A stretch of 64,000 bases of DNA from an uncultured Ignavibacterium sp. (GTDB lineage Bacteria > Bacteroidota > Ignavibacteria > Ignavibacteriales > Ignavibacteriaceae). Position numbers and translations under genes: made by a program. The stretch's first letter is position 1. Each line of letters starts with the position of its first letter. Below the pieces are notes generated by a model, which saw only the letters and a program-made list of their open reading frames with translations, was not told where the DNA came from and made no database searches. Shown piece by piece: positions 26,618-36,323 of this stretch. The DNA is taken from assembly GCA_937125135.1 (NCBI GenBank), contig CAKZLD010000146.1, positions 1,799 through 65,798 on the forward strand, given 5' to 3'.

Positions 26618-29600
26618 ATGTCAGATTTTATTCATTTACATAATCACACTCACTATAGTCTTCAGGACGGAGCTTGCACAGTATCTGGACTTATAAATGC
26701 AGCAAAAAAATTTAATATGAAGTCAGTTGCTATCACAGATCACGGAGTTTTGTTTGGTGCAATTGAGTTCTACAAAAAAGCTAGAAAGGAAGGAATCAAA
26801 CCTATTATCGGAATGGAAGCATACATTGTAAAAGATGGAAGCAGATTCGATAAAGGCAAAGCAGAAGAGATTCCTAGCAGAAAAAAAACAAAGCATTATA
26901 ATCACTTGCTTTTATTAGCAAAAAATCAAACAGGCTATTCCAATCTCGTTAAATTATCTACGATCGGTTTTCTTGAAGGTTATTATTACAGACCAAGGAT
27001 TGATTTGGAAGTTTTACAGAAATATAAAGAGGGTTTAATTTGTACTTCTGCTTGTCCTGCAGGAATAATTTCATCTCACATTGTAAACGGCGATTTTGAT
27101 AAAGCCAAACAAACAGCAATAACTTATAAAGAAATTTTCGGAGATGATTTTTATTTAGAAATTCAGGATCATTCTTTAGAAATAGAACAACCCATTCTTG
27201 AATATATGCCTCGTTTAGCGAAAGAATTGGATATCAAATTGGTTGCTACTAATGATTGTCATTATATTGAAAAGGAACATTCAATCGCTCATAATATTCT
27301 TCTTCTTCTCTCTGAAAAAAATGATTACGATTATAAAAAACTTAAATATGGAACCGATGAAATTTATTTCAAATCACCTGACCAGATGAAGAAACTTTTC
27401 AAAAAGTATAAAGATGCTATAGAGAATACTTTGGAAATAGATGAAAAAACGAATCTTACTTTAGATCTCGATCAACACTTCTTTCCGAAATTTTCAATTC
27501 CATCAGATTCAAAATCTGAAAACCTTGATGAATATTTATACGAGCTTGCAGTCGAGGGTTTAAATAAAAAGATTAACGATGTTACTCCGGAAATTAAACA
27601 ACGATTTGAATATGAAATTGAAACAATTAAACAAATGGGTTTTTCTGGTTACTTCCTTGTAGTTCAGGATTTTATAAATGCAGCCAAAGAGAAAAAAATT
27701 CCTGTTGGACCCGGAAGAGGAAGTGCTGCCGGAAGTCTTGTTGCTTATGCACTCGGAATTACGAACATCAACCCTTTGGATTACGATTTGCTCTTCGAAA
27801 GATTTCTTAATCCATCAAGAAAATCTCTTCCGGATATTGATGTTGATTTCGCAGATGATAAAAGGGGAGAAGTAATAGAATATGTTAAAAATAAATATGG
27901 TCAGAATTGTGTAAGTCAAATTGTAACTTTCAATACTTTATCTTCAAAAGCAGTGATAAGGGACGTTGCGCGAGTTCTAAAAATTCCTATTCCTACAGTT
28001 AATAAAATTACAAAGTTTATTCCTTCAAAGTTTGGAAAAGTATATTCAATCGATCAGGCGTTAGCAGAAGTACCTGAATTAAAATGGGTGAAAGAATCCA
28101 CCGATCAACAAATTGTTGATTTAATAAAATATGCAAAAGTTCTTGAAGGAATGGTAAGAAATTCTTCGAAGCACGCTGCAGGAGTAGTTATCACGCCAGA
28201 TGATGTAAGCAATTATTCTCCGCTTGCAATAACAACTTCACAGGAAGAAGTTGTTACTCAATATAACATGAAAGATATTGAGTCTGCTGGTTTGTTAAAA
28301 ATGGATTTTCTTGGTTTGAGAACACTTACAATAATTAAAGATACTATTGAAATGGTTAAAAGAAATCACGGAGTTGAAATAGATATTGATAACATTCCAC
28401 TTGATGATGAAGCTACTTATAATCTTTTCAGAAAAGGTCAGACAACGGGAGTTTTTCAATTTGAATCTGCTCCGATGAGAGAATATTTGAAAAGACTGAA
28501 ACCATCTTCTATTAAAGATCTTGCTGCTATGAATGCACTCTACCGACCTGGACCAATGAAATTTATTGATGATTTTATTAAGCGTAAATTCAAGGAGCAA
28601 ACCACTGAGTATCTCCATCCGATGATGGAGCCAATTCTTCAGGAAACTTATGGAATAATTGTTTATCAGGAACAAGTAATTCAAATTGCAAATAAGATCG
28701 GAGGAATGTCTCTTGCCGAAGCGGATAATCTTCGTAAGGCAATGGGTAAAAAAGATTTATTGGCAATGCAAGAACAAAAAGCGAAATTCCTTCAAGGAGC
28801 AGAGAAAAATAACATTGATGAAAAAATAGCGGAGAAAATTTTTGATAACATTTTTGAATTTGCTAATTATGGATTCAATAAAAGCCACGCAATTGCATAT
28901 AGCATTGTTGCATATCAGACTGCCTATCTCAAAGCTCATTATACTGCGGAGTTTCTTGCTGCAAATCTTAAAAATGAATATGATGATACAAAGAAAGTAA
29001 CAAAGTTTTTGGAGGACTGCAGAAAACTCAAGATTAAAGTTTTACCTCCGAATGTTAATAAACCTTCAATTTATTTTGATGTTATAAATGGAGAAATAGT
29101 CTTTGGATTAGCGGCAATTAAAAATGTTGGTGTTAATGCAGTCAAAGAAATTATCTCTGCAAAAGAAAAATTAAACAGGGATTTTAAAAGCATCTTTGAT
29201 TTTTGTATGAATGTAGATACAAGAATTGTTAATAAAAGAGCTCTTGAAGGTTTGATTCTTGCCGGTGCTTTTGATACGCTTCATAACAACAGAGCACAGC
29301 TTTTTGAATCTGTAGAATTAATTTTAGACTTTGCTCATAAAAGTCAGAATTTCAAAATTAATTTATCAGATAGCTTATTTGCTGATGCTGATGAAATTAA
29401 ATTGAGAGAACCAAAATTAGCAGACGTTAAAAATTGGAATAAAGATATTCAGCTTTCAAAAGAAAGAACAGTTGTTGGTTTTTATATTTCTGATCATCCA
29501 CTTAGAAGATATGAATTAGAGTATGAAACTTTTTCAACTGTGCATTTGGGGGAAACTGAAGATTTTGAAATTGAAGGAGCTGTTACAGCATGCGGAGTTA

Positions 29601-30091
29601 TCACTTCACTTAAGACTAAATTAGATAAATCAAACAGAAAGATGGCATTTTTTAATTTAGATGATTTTACTGGTTCATGTGAATGCATTGCTTTCTCAAA
29701 AACTTTTGAAGAATATGAAAAATATATTCGCGAAGATGAAGTTGTCGTAGTAATAGGTAATCTTGAAAGCAGCGGTGACTCTGTTAAAATGCAAATCAAC
29801 AAAATTATTCCTATAGTAAAAGCAAATGATGAACTTGTAGAAAGCATTAAAATTCAGATTGATAAAAAAAATACAGCTCCGGAAAAATTTTCTCACCTGA
29901 AAAATATTTTTAATGAACATCAGGGTAATGTGCCTGTTTATATTGCGCTATCTGAAAATGGTTCTAAGGTTGATTTATACTCAATTGAAAATTTTCGAGT
30001 AAAGGTTGATTCTGATTTCATTCAAAAAGTCGAAAAACTTTTTGGTGAAGATTCATTAGTTCTGAAACCAAAGTCTTCAAATCTTGTATAG
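26618..30091 (+). CDS. dnaE: DNA polymerase III alpha subunit
   Basis: PHP domain FIHLHNHTHYSLQDG, polymerase core motifs (PDIDVDF, GLLKMDFLGL) and an OB-fold C-terminus. Length 1157 aa. Confidence 0.96.
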   Translation: MSDFIHLHNHTHYSLQDGACTVSGLINAAKKFNMKSVAITDHGVLFGAIEFYKKARKEGIKPIIGMEAYIVKDGSRFDKGKAEEIPSRKKTKHYNHLLLLAKNQTGYSNLVKLSTIGFLEGYYYRPRIDLEVLQKYKEGLICTSACPAGIISSHIVNGDFDKAKQTAITYKEIFGDDFYLEIQDHSLEIEQPILEYMPRLAKELDIKLVATNDCHYIEKEHSIAHNILLLLSEKNDYDYKKLKYGTDEIYFKSPDQMKKLFKKYKDAIENTLEIDEKTNLTLDLDQHFFPKFSIPSDSKSENLDEYLYELAVEGLNKKINDVTPEIKQRFEYEIETIKQMGFSGYFLVVQDFINAAKEKKIPVGPGRGSAAGSLVAYALGITNINPLDYDLLFERFLNPSRKSLPDIDVDFADDKRGEVIEYVKNKYGQNCVSQIVTFNTLSSKAVIRDVARVLKIPIPTVNKITKFIPSKFGKVYSIDQALAEVPELKWVKESTDQQIVDLIKYAKVLEGMVRNSSKHAAGVVITPDDVSNYSPLAITTSQEEVVTQYNMKDIESAGLLKMDFLGLRTLTIIKDTIEMVKRNHGVEIDIDNIPLDDEATYNLFRKGQTTGVFQFESAPMREYLKRLKPSSIKDLAAMNALYRPGPMKFIDDFIKRKFKEQTTEYLHPMMEPILQETYGIIVYQEQVIQIANKIGGMSLAEADNLRKAMGKKDLLAMQEQKAKFLQGAEKNNIDEKIAEKIFDNIFEFANYGFNKSHAIAYSIVAYQTAYLKAHYTAEFLAANLKNEYDDTKKVTKFLEDCRKLKIKVLPPNVNKPSIYFDVINGEIVFGLAAIKNVGVNAVKEIISAKEKLNRDFKSIFDFCMNVDTRIVNKRALEGLILAGAFDTLHNNRAQLFESVELILDFAHKSQNFKINLSDSLFADADEIKLREPKLADVKNWNKDIQLSKERTVVGFYISDHPLRRYELEYETFSTVHLGETEDFEIEGAVTACGVITSLKTKLDKSNRKMAFFNLDDFTGSCECIAFSKTFEEYEKYIREDEVVVVIGNLESSGDSVKMQINKIIPIVKANDELVESIKIQIDKKNTAPEKFSHLKNIFNEHQGNVPVYIALSENGSKVDLYSIENFRVKVDSDFIQKVEKLFGEDSLVLKPKSSNLV

Positions 30092-30147
30092 ATTTTTTCA
30101 ATTTAGTATTATTGTCTAACTGTTTACGAATAAGTAGGAATTAGTAG

Positions 30148-30972
30148 ATGAAAACAACAGAACGTTCAAATTGGGCTTTAATTCTTGGAGCTTCCTCAGG
30201 ATTCGGTGAAGCTATTGCTATTCAATTAGCTAAAGATGGTTACAACATTTTTGGAGTTCACTTAGATAGACAAGCAACTTTGCACAATGTTGAACGAATT
30301 ATTTCAGAAATAAAATCTTTCGGAAGTGAAGCTGTTTTTTTTAATGCAAACGCTGCTGATGATGAAAAAAGAAATGAAATAATTTCTTCAATAAAAAATA
30401 AATTGTCAGGAAAACCGGAAATTAAAGTTATTGTTCACTCACTTGCGTTCGGAACACTCAAACCTTACATACCTAAATCTACTGAACAGCCAATTACCAA
30501 AGCTCAGATTGAAATGACGATGGACGTAATGGCTCATTCACTCGTTTATTGGACTCAGGATATTTATATGAATGGCTTACTTGCACACGAATCAAGAATT
30601 TTTGCTATGACAAGTTCTGGTAGCCACACAGTTATTCCGTACTACGGAGCAGTGTCTGCTGCAAAAGCAGCTCTTGAATCTCATTGTCGTCAACTTGCAA
30701 TGGAACTCGGTCATATGAAAGTTTCAGTAAATGCAATTATGGCTGGGGTTACCGATACGCCAGCTTTGAGAAAAATTCCCGGTAATAAAGAAATGATTGA
30801 AATAGCTAAAAGAAAAAATCCTTTCGGAAAATTAACTGATCCAAAAGATATTGCTAAAATTGTTTCGTTATTATGCAAAGATGGAGGCAATTGGATTTCA
30901 GGTAGTGTTATCCATGCTGATGGAGGCGAAGACATTGTCAATTATGTCGGTCAGAACAATAGTTTAATCTAA
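30148..30972 (+). CDS. Short-chain dehydrogenase/reductase (FabL/FabG-like)
   Basis: LILGASSGFGEAIA (glycine-rich NAD(P) motif), catalytic YYGAVSAAK (YxxxK) and SGSVIHADGG. Confidence 0.72.
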   Translation: MKTTERSNWALILGASSGFGEAIAIQLAKDGYNIFGVHLDRQATLHNVERIISEIKSFGSEAVFFNANAADDEKRNEIISSIKNKLSGKPEIKVIVHSLAFGTLKPYIPKSTEQPITKAQIEMTMDVMAHSLVYWTQDIYMNGLLAHESRIFAMTSSGSHTVIPYYGAVSAAKAALESHCRQLAMELGHMKVSVNAIMAGVTDTPALRKIPGNKEMIEIAKRKNPFGKLTDPKDIAKIVSLLCKDGGNWISGSVIHADGGEDIVNYVGQNNSLI

Positions 30973-30999
30973 CTTATAATTTATACTTAAGGAAAATTT

Positions 31000-31326
31000 A
31001 TGAAACCATTTACTTTTACAGATCAAAATTTTGAGGAAGAAGTAATAAAATCTAATATACCTGTCCTTGTAGATTTCTGGGCAGTTTGGTGCGGTCCTTG
31101 CAAAATGATCGCTCCGATAGTTGAACAATTAGCGGAGGAACTCTCAGGTAAAGTTAAAATTGGTAAACTTGATGTTGATTCTAATCAGGAAATTTCTATT
31201 AAATATGGTATTCGTGGAATACCTACACTATTAATTTTTAAAGATGGGAAAGTTGTTGATACTATTGTTGGAGCAGTTCCTAAAGCTAGTATTCTAAGTA
31301 AACTTCAACCTTTTATGGGAAATTAA
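31000..31326 (+). CDS. trxA: Thioredoxin
   Basis: VDFWAVWCGPCKMIAP and GIRGIPTLLIFKDG. Length 108 aa. Confidence 0.93.
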   Translation: MKPFTFTDQNFEEEVIKSNIPVLVDFWAVWCGPCKMIAPIVEQLAEELSGKVKIGKLDVDSNQEISIKYGIRGIPTLLIFKDGKVVDTIVGAVPKASILSKLQPFMGN

Positions 31327-31408
31327 AAATTTTTGTGTATTTAAAAATGATTTGACTTTTAATTAAAAATTACTACTTTCAGAAAAAAAATAAAAATTAC
31401 CAAAAAAC

Positions 31409-31437
31409 TTGACTTAAATATATTTGGTTTATATTTT
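31409..31437 (+). promoter_or_regulatory. Putative sigma70-type promoter for the BNR/T9SS gene
   Basis: TTGACT (31409-31414), a 17-nt spacer, then TATTTT (31432-31437), within a 200-nt AT-rich intergenic region. An AAGGAG RBS lies just before ATG 31527. Confidence 0.3.
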
Positions 31438-31526
31438 TCAAGGTAAATTGAAAAGATTTTAATTAAAAGAATATTTTTATTAACTAATTAACCAAAACAT
31501 ATCATTCACAAAAAAAGGAGATCAAA

Positions 31527-33320
31527 ATGACTAGAAACATTCTTACAGTTATTCTAGTTACTCTTTTCATTGCTTCTTTAGCAATTGCTCAAAACAGCTC
31601 TGTTAAGGTTCACTACAAACAATTGGCTGACGACAATGCCAATGTTCCTGTAGTCGAAAAACAAATTACCCCTCCGACAATTCTTTCTGGTGAAAACGTA
31701 ATTACAACTAATTACGATTACTTCTCAAATTCCGTTATTAGAGATCAGATTGTTTTTGATGTAACAAATCAAAAACCACACTTGTTTAATATGATACGTC
31801 CGTGGCAAGGTGCTGCGACTCGACATGCAGCCCACATAAGAAGAGAGGGCACGAATTGGATTGCTCAATCAGTTAGCAATGGTGCAGGTGGTTGGCCACA
31901 TATAGATTTAGGACTAACTGGTGATGGTACCGGAACAATTGCATTAGTTTGGCACACCCCAAGCCGTCTATCTATTTGGGATGGAGGTACAGGATATCTA
32001 TCAGCTCAGTTTGATCCTTCAACTGACCCATCTGTTCAGATTAGTGGTAGCAGAATGTTTTTGGCTACTTCTGGTGGTAGAGTTCAGTATAAATTTTACA
32101 GGACTACTGATTTTGGCGTTACGTTTACTAATTGGGATAGTATTAAAACATTTATTCCATCCTGGACCAACAATGGTGGTGTTGAAGTTGGTATGAGCAA
32201 ATCTATGAATGAACAACATTTAGTTATGTTTGGAAATGCAGAGGGAACCCCTACTGGTGGTTCTGCTCACGTTTATAGTGGCGCAGTTCCAGATCAAGCA
32301 GATTGTTTCTGGGTAATGAGATCTACGAATGCAGGAACAAGTTGGACTGCTTCAAAAATTGCAATTGATGGCGAATTCGATAAAGTAGTCGGATATCATA
32401 CTCCTAATTTTGCTCCTATTATCGAAAACTTTGCTCAAACTGATATAGCTGTTGCAAATAATGGTGTTTTTCACGCAGTGGCAAATGGATATGGGTTAGT
32501 ATTTAATAATACAAGAGATACTGCTATTGGTTCTCATTTCCCATTATTATATTACAATTCACAATCGAACACATGGAGAGCTATCTCATCCAGAGCAATT
32601 GATACAATCAGAGCAATTGTAAACTACTATCCTACAAATGCAATTGGTCAGTCATATCCATCAGTTGCAACTAGTGATGATGGTTCAGTAGTATTTGTAA
32701 TTTGGACTGGTCCTCAGTTAAATGCTGCAGGTGGTTTAGACACAGCTTCAAATGGTGCTGCTACTCCTGTTATGTATTATTGGAGAGACTTATATCATGC
32801 ATATTCAACTAATGGCGGAAATACGTGGGTTTATGGTGGTAAATTCCCCGGAATGAGTAATACTGTCTCTGAAACTTATGGTACTGTAGCTCAACATTTA
32901 GAAAAAGTAAATGCAACTAAATATCGTGCACATATCGTTTACTTAGCTGACTTAACAACTGGTGTCGGTCCTTTTGATAACGTATTGACCGATAATCCAA
33001 TTGTTTATACTACTTTTGATATTGACGTTGTTTCAGCAGATAATACACCAGTAGTAAACAGTTTTGAACTTGGTCAGAATTATCCTAATCCTTTCAACCC
33101 AAGCACAAAAATTACATACTCTGTTGCTGAGAGAACAAATGTCTCTATCAAAGTATTTGATATGCTTGGAAAAGAAGTTGCTACATTAGTTAACGAAGTA
33201 AAAGATGCTGGTTCTTATGATGTTAATTTCGATGCATCGAATTTAGCTTCCGGAATGTATGTTTATACCATTACTGCCGGAAACTTTACAGCATCGAAGA
33301 AAATGATGTTAATGAAGTAA
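31527..33320 (+). CDS. Secreted BNR/Asp-box repeat protein with T9SS C-terminal sorting domain
   Basis: Signal peptide ILVTLFIASLAIAQ. Asp-box-like motifs are RSTNAGTSWT, YSTNGGNTWV and TTDFGVTFTNW. The CTD reads LGQNYPNPFNPSTKITYSV...VSIKVFDMLGKEV...GMYVYTITAGNFTASKKMMLMK. Confidence 0.65.
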   Translation: MTRNILTVILVTLFIASLAIAQNSSVKVHYKQLADDNANVPVVEKQITPPTILSGENVITTNYDYFSNSVIRDQIVFDVTNQKPHLFNMIRPWQGAATRHAAHIRREGTNWIAQSVSNGAGGWPHIDLGLTGDGTGTIALVWHTPSRLSIWDGGTGYLSAQFDPSTDPSVQISGSRMFLATSGGRVQYKFYRTTDFGVTFTNWDSIKTFIPSWTNNGGVEVGMSKSMNEQHLVMFGNAEGTPTGGSAHVYSGAVPDQADCFWVMRSTNAGTSWTASKIAIDGEFDKVVGYHTPNFAPIIENFAQTDIAVANNGVFHAVANGYGLVFNNTRDTAIGSHFPLLYYNSQSNTWRAISSRAIDTIRAIVNYYPTNAIGQSYPSVATSDDGSVVFVIWTGPQLNAAGGLDTASNGAATPVMYYWRDLYHAYSTNGGNTWVYGGKFPGMSNTVSETYGTVAQHLEKVNATKYRAHIVYLADLTTGVGPFDNVLTDNPIVYTTFDIDVVSADNTPVVNSFELGQNYPNPFNPSTKITYSVAERTNVSIKVFDMLGKEVATLVNEVKDAGSYDVNFDASNLASGMYVYTITAGNFTASKKMMLMK

Positions 33321-33367
33321 TTCTGAAATAAGTGAGAAATTTATTAAATAGGTTCTTTTAATTTTCG

Positions 33368-33420
33368 AAGCGGATGGAAAGGATTCCGGCAACTGAATTC
33401 AACCATCCGCTTTTTGTTTC
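33368..33420 (+). terminator. Rho-independent terminator after the BNR/T9SS gene
   Basis: The outer stem aagcggatgg/ccatccgctt and an inner stem ggattc/gaattc form a long interrupted hairpin. It is followed by tttttgttt. Confidence 0.7.
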
Positions 33421-33468
33421 TTAGAAATTTTAGTAAACTTTTATTAAACAATATATGGTGGAGATGAG

Positions 33469-36297
33469 ATGAAACGAATTTATACCGTTTTATTCGGTTT
33501 ACTCCTTATTACCTCAATTAATTTTGCTCAAACGGGTGTGGGCAAAATTAGCGGTAAGATTATTGATGCAGCCACAAAAGAACCTCTTGTTGGGGCTAAT
33601 ATCGTAATTCTTAACACCGATTGGGGTGCTGCCTCTAATGTCGAAGGCGAATACTTTATTTTGAACGTTCCACCCGGCACATACGACCTCCGGTTTAGTT
33701 ATGTTGGTTACGCTCCTAAAACAGTTCAGAATGTAAGAGTTGTTGGTGGTGTAACTTACGAGCTAAATGTTGATTTGAGCACCGATTTTACACTTCCTGA
33801 AATCGTTGTTCAAGATAAAAAGTTCTTCGAAGAAAAAGCAACAAATACTAAAAAAGTCATTGATTCTGAAGAAATAGCAAGGCTTCCTGTCAAAGGAGTT
33901 GAAAGAATTGCATCCTTGCAGGCAGGTGTAGTTATGCAGGAAGGTAGCGGAGGTTCAGAAGGTAATGCAACTATAAATGTTCGTGGCGGTAGAGGTGGTG
34001 AAGTTCTTTACATTGTTGATGGTGTTCCTCAAAATGACGTTTTTTTCGGTAATAATACTTCTCAGGTAAGTAATGCGGCTATTGAGCAAATCGCTTTTGA
34101 AATAGGTGGTTACGAGGCTAAATACGGTCAGGCACAATCTGGAATTATCAATGTTACTACTAAAACAGGTGCACCCACTTATTCAGTTTTTGCTGATGTG
34201 TTGACATCTTCTTTTACTGATAATTATGGATATAATCTTTATACCGGATCTATAAGTGGTCCTATTATACCAGGTTATCCTAAACAAACATTCTTTGTTT
34301 CTGTAGAAAGAGGTTGGTTCAAAGATGCTGATCCTAAAGCTGTAAATTATAGCTTCCCATCAATTGGTAAGTCTTATGACTTTATTCCTGAAAATGATGC
34401 TGGTGTTTACAGAATAACTGGTAGAACAAACTTCAGTATTGAAAATTGGTCTTTGAGATTAGGGACAAATATAAATACTAGGAATTCAAGAGGAGTTATA
34501 GGTACATATATTAAGAATAATCCTGAACACAATACTCGGAACGAATCCGGTAATTATTCATATACAATGAGACTTTCAAATAATCTTTCTAGTTCATCTT
34601 TCTGGAATTTTAATGCAGGATATAAATTATATACCAATGAGTCAGGAGATGGAATATGGTTTAGAAATCTTGAAGCATATGGTGATAGTATTTCAAATGC
34701 TAAAATTGGTGTGACTCTTCCTGGCAATGGTCAAAGATTACTTCAGGATTCGATTGGAATCTTTTGGCGTAAAGGAAGGGTTGTTAATTCTTACTCAAAA
34801 TACAAATCCGAAACTTTCAATTTTGATGTTGATTTTACTGCTCAAATTTCTAACCATCTTTTGGAAGTTGGTGGAGGCTTGAATACGCACACATTAAGAT
34901 ATTTTGCTATTGCTCCGGTAGGACTTTCAGCCAACAATATCAGAAATCTTCCTGCTAAAGAAAAATATTCAAGATTACAGCCCACAGTGTTTGGATATGA
35001 CATAACTGGTAAAACAGAAACCAATGCTGATAATGCTGATGATACAGAATTTGCACCTAAAAAACCATTATTAGCTTATGCTTACATTCAGGATAGATTC
35101 GAATTGGAAGATATAGTTCTTAATCTTGGATTAAGGATGGATTATTTTGATACTAAGACAGATATTTTGAAAAATCCTAAATTACCATATGCTGCAGGTG
35201 ACCCGAGTAAATTTGATGCTGCAGATTTTATAGTTAAGAAACCAGAATTAAAAATTTCCCCCAGAATTGGTTTGGGATTCCCTGTTACAGCTACTACAGT
35301 TTTCCATGCTCAGTATGGGAAATTCATTCAGCAACCAAGTTTAAATCAATTATACTCCAGTAAAATTGATTATAACGATATTATAAGAGATGCTTCTTTT
35401 ACTTTCTTAAATGGATATGTAAATAGTGAAGAAACTACTCAATATGAAGTTGGATTCCGACAAATATTGGGTGATGTAGCAGCCTTAAACATCACTGCTT
35501 TCTATAAAAATACTAGGGGACTAATAAATCAGCAATTGATATTTTTCCAAAGAATAGAGGGTGGTGAAGTATTAGAATATTACTCTCCGACAAACACTGA
35601 CTTTGGCACAATCAAAGGATTAGCTTTCTCATTGGATGTTGCTAGAATCAGCTATTTCTCAATGGCATTGAATTATACATATTCAATTGCTGAAGGAACT
35701 GGCTCATCAACTTCTTCTAACTTTATAGCTGCATTCAGAAATACTGGTCCTGATAGAATTCCAAAAGTTATTGCTCCTTTGGATTTTGATCAAAGGCATA
35801 CGGGAACAATTAATTTAGACATCAGTGTTCCAAAAAATGACCTTGGTTTATTAGAAATGACAAATGCAAATATCCTGGTTTCTTTCAACAGTGGTAGACC
35901 ATACACTCCGCTTCAAGAACAAAATCTTCTTGAAGGCTCCTCAAACTGGGGTGAAACAAAAGGTTATGTTAACTCAGCTTATGGACCAGGTAATTTTAGA
36001 GTGGACTTAAAGATTGAAAAAGGTATTCCTTTAGGTAATCTGGTAATTACTCCATATGTCTTAATTGAGAACTTATTTGATGCTGATAATCCGGTTGAAG
36101 TTTATCGTTCAACAGGTAGTCCATATACAACGGGATGGTTAAATACATCTCAGGCTAGGAGGATTAAAGAGGATCAACGTTATCCACAACTGTTTGAATA
36201 TGATTATAAATCCCTTGAATTAAATCCTTTTAATTTTGGTATTCCAAGATTAATCAAATTGGGTTTAAAAGTTAATTTCTCAAATATTTCCTTTTAA
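33469..36297 (+). CDS. TonB-dependent-receptor-like outer membrane barrel with N-terminal carboxypeptidase-regulatory-like domain
   Basis: Signal peptide, then GKISGKIIDAATKEPLVGANIVILN...GTYDLRFSYVGYAPK (CarboxypepD_reg-like). A plug-like segment follows (INVRGGRGGEVLYIVDGVPQND). The long beta-rich body ends in an aromatic residue (KVNFSNISF). Confidence 0.75.
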   Translation: MKRIYTVLFGLLLITSINFAQTGVGKISGKIIDAATKEPLVGANIVILNTDWGAASNVEGEYFILNVPPGTYDLRFSYVGYAPKTVQNVRVVGGVTYELNVDLSTDFTLPEIVVQDKKFFEEKATNTKKVIDSEEIARLPVKGVERIASLQAGVVMQEGSGGSEGNATINVRGGRGGEVLYIVDGVPQNDVFFGNNTSQVSNAAIEQIAFEIGGYEAKYGQAQSGIINVTTKTGAPTYSVFADVLTSSFTDNYGYNLYTGSISGPIIPGYPKQTFFVSVERGWFKDADPKAVNYSFPSIGKSYDFIPENDAGVYRITGRTNFSIENWSLRLGTNINTRNSRGVIGTYIKNNPEHNTRNESGNYSYTMRLSNNLSSSSFWNFNAGYKLYTNESGDGIWFRNLEAYGDSISNAKIGVTLPGNGQRLLQDSIGIFWRKGRVVNSYSKYKSETFNFDVDFTAQISNHLLEVGGGLNTHTLRYFAIAPVGLSANNIRNLPAKEKYSRLQPTVFGYDITGKTETNADNADDTEFAPKKPLLAYAYIQDRFELEDIVLNLGLRMDYFDTKTDILKNPKLPYAAGDPSKFDAADFIVKKPELKISPRIGLGFPVTATTVFHAQYGKFIQQPSLNQLYSSKIDYNDIIRDASFTFLNGYVNSEETTQYEVGFRQILGDVAALNITAFYKNTRGLINQQLIFFQRIEGGEVLEYYSPTNTDFGTIKGLAFSLDVARISYFSMALNYTYSIAEGTGSSTSSNFIAAFRNTGPDRIPKVIAPLDFDQRHTGTINLDISVPKNDLGLLEMTNANILVSFNSGRPYTPLQEQNLLEGSSNWGETKGYVNSAYGPGNFRVDLKIEKGIPLGNLVITPYVLIENLFDADNPVEVYRSTGSPYTTGWLNTSQARRIKEDQRYPQLFEYDYKSLELNPFNFGIPRLIKLGLKVNFSNISF

Positions 36298-36323
36298 TAG
36301 TTTGGATTAAACACGAGGAAAAA

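Noticed and set aside
28295-28684. Antisense or alternative-frame ORFs inside dnaE and other large genes (26723..26905, 27678..27875, 28295..28684, 28757..28939, 29494..29847, 29696..29920). Others are in kamA (16649..16987, 17069..17251), recG (21553..21762), atpA (49617..49802, 49751..49954, 49787..49987), hutU (57642..57896, 57749..57979, 58368..58604) and elsewhere.
   Set aside because: These are shadow ORFs within confidently identified conserved genes. They have no independent signals.
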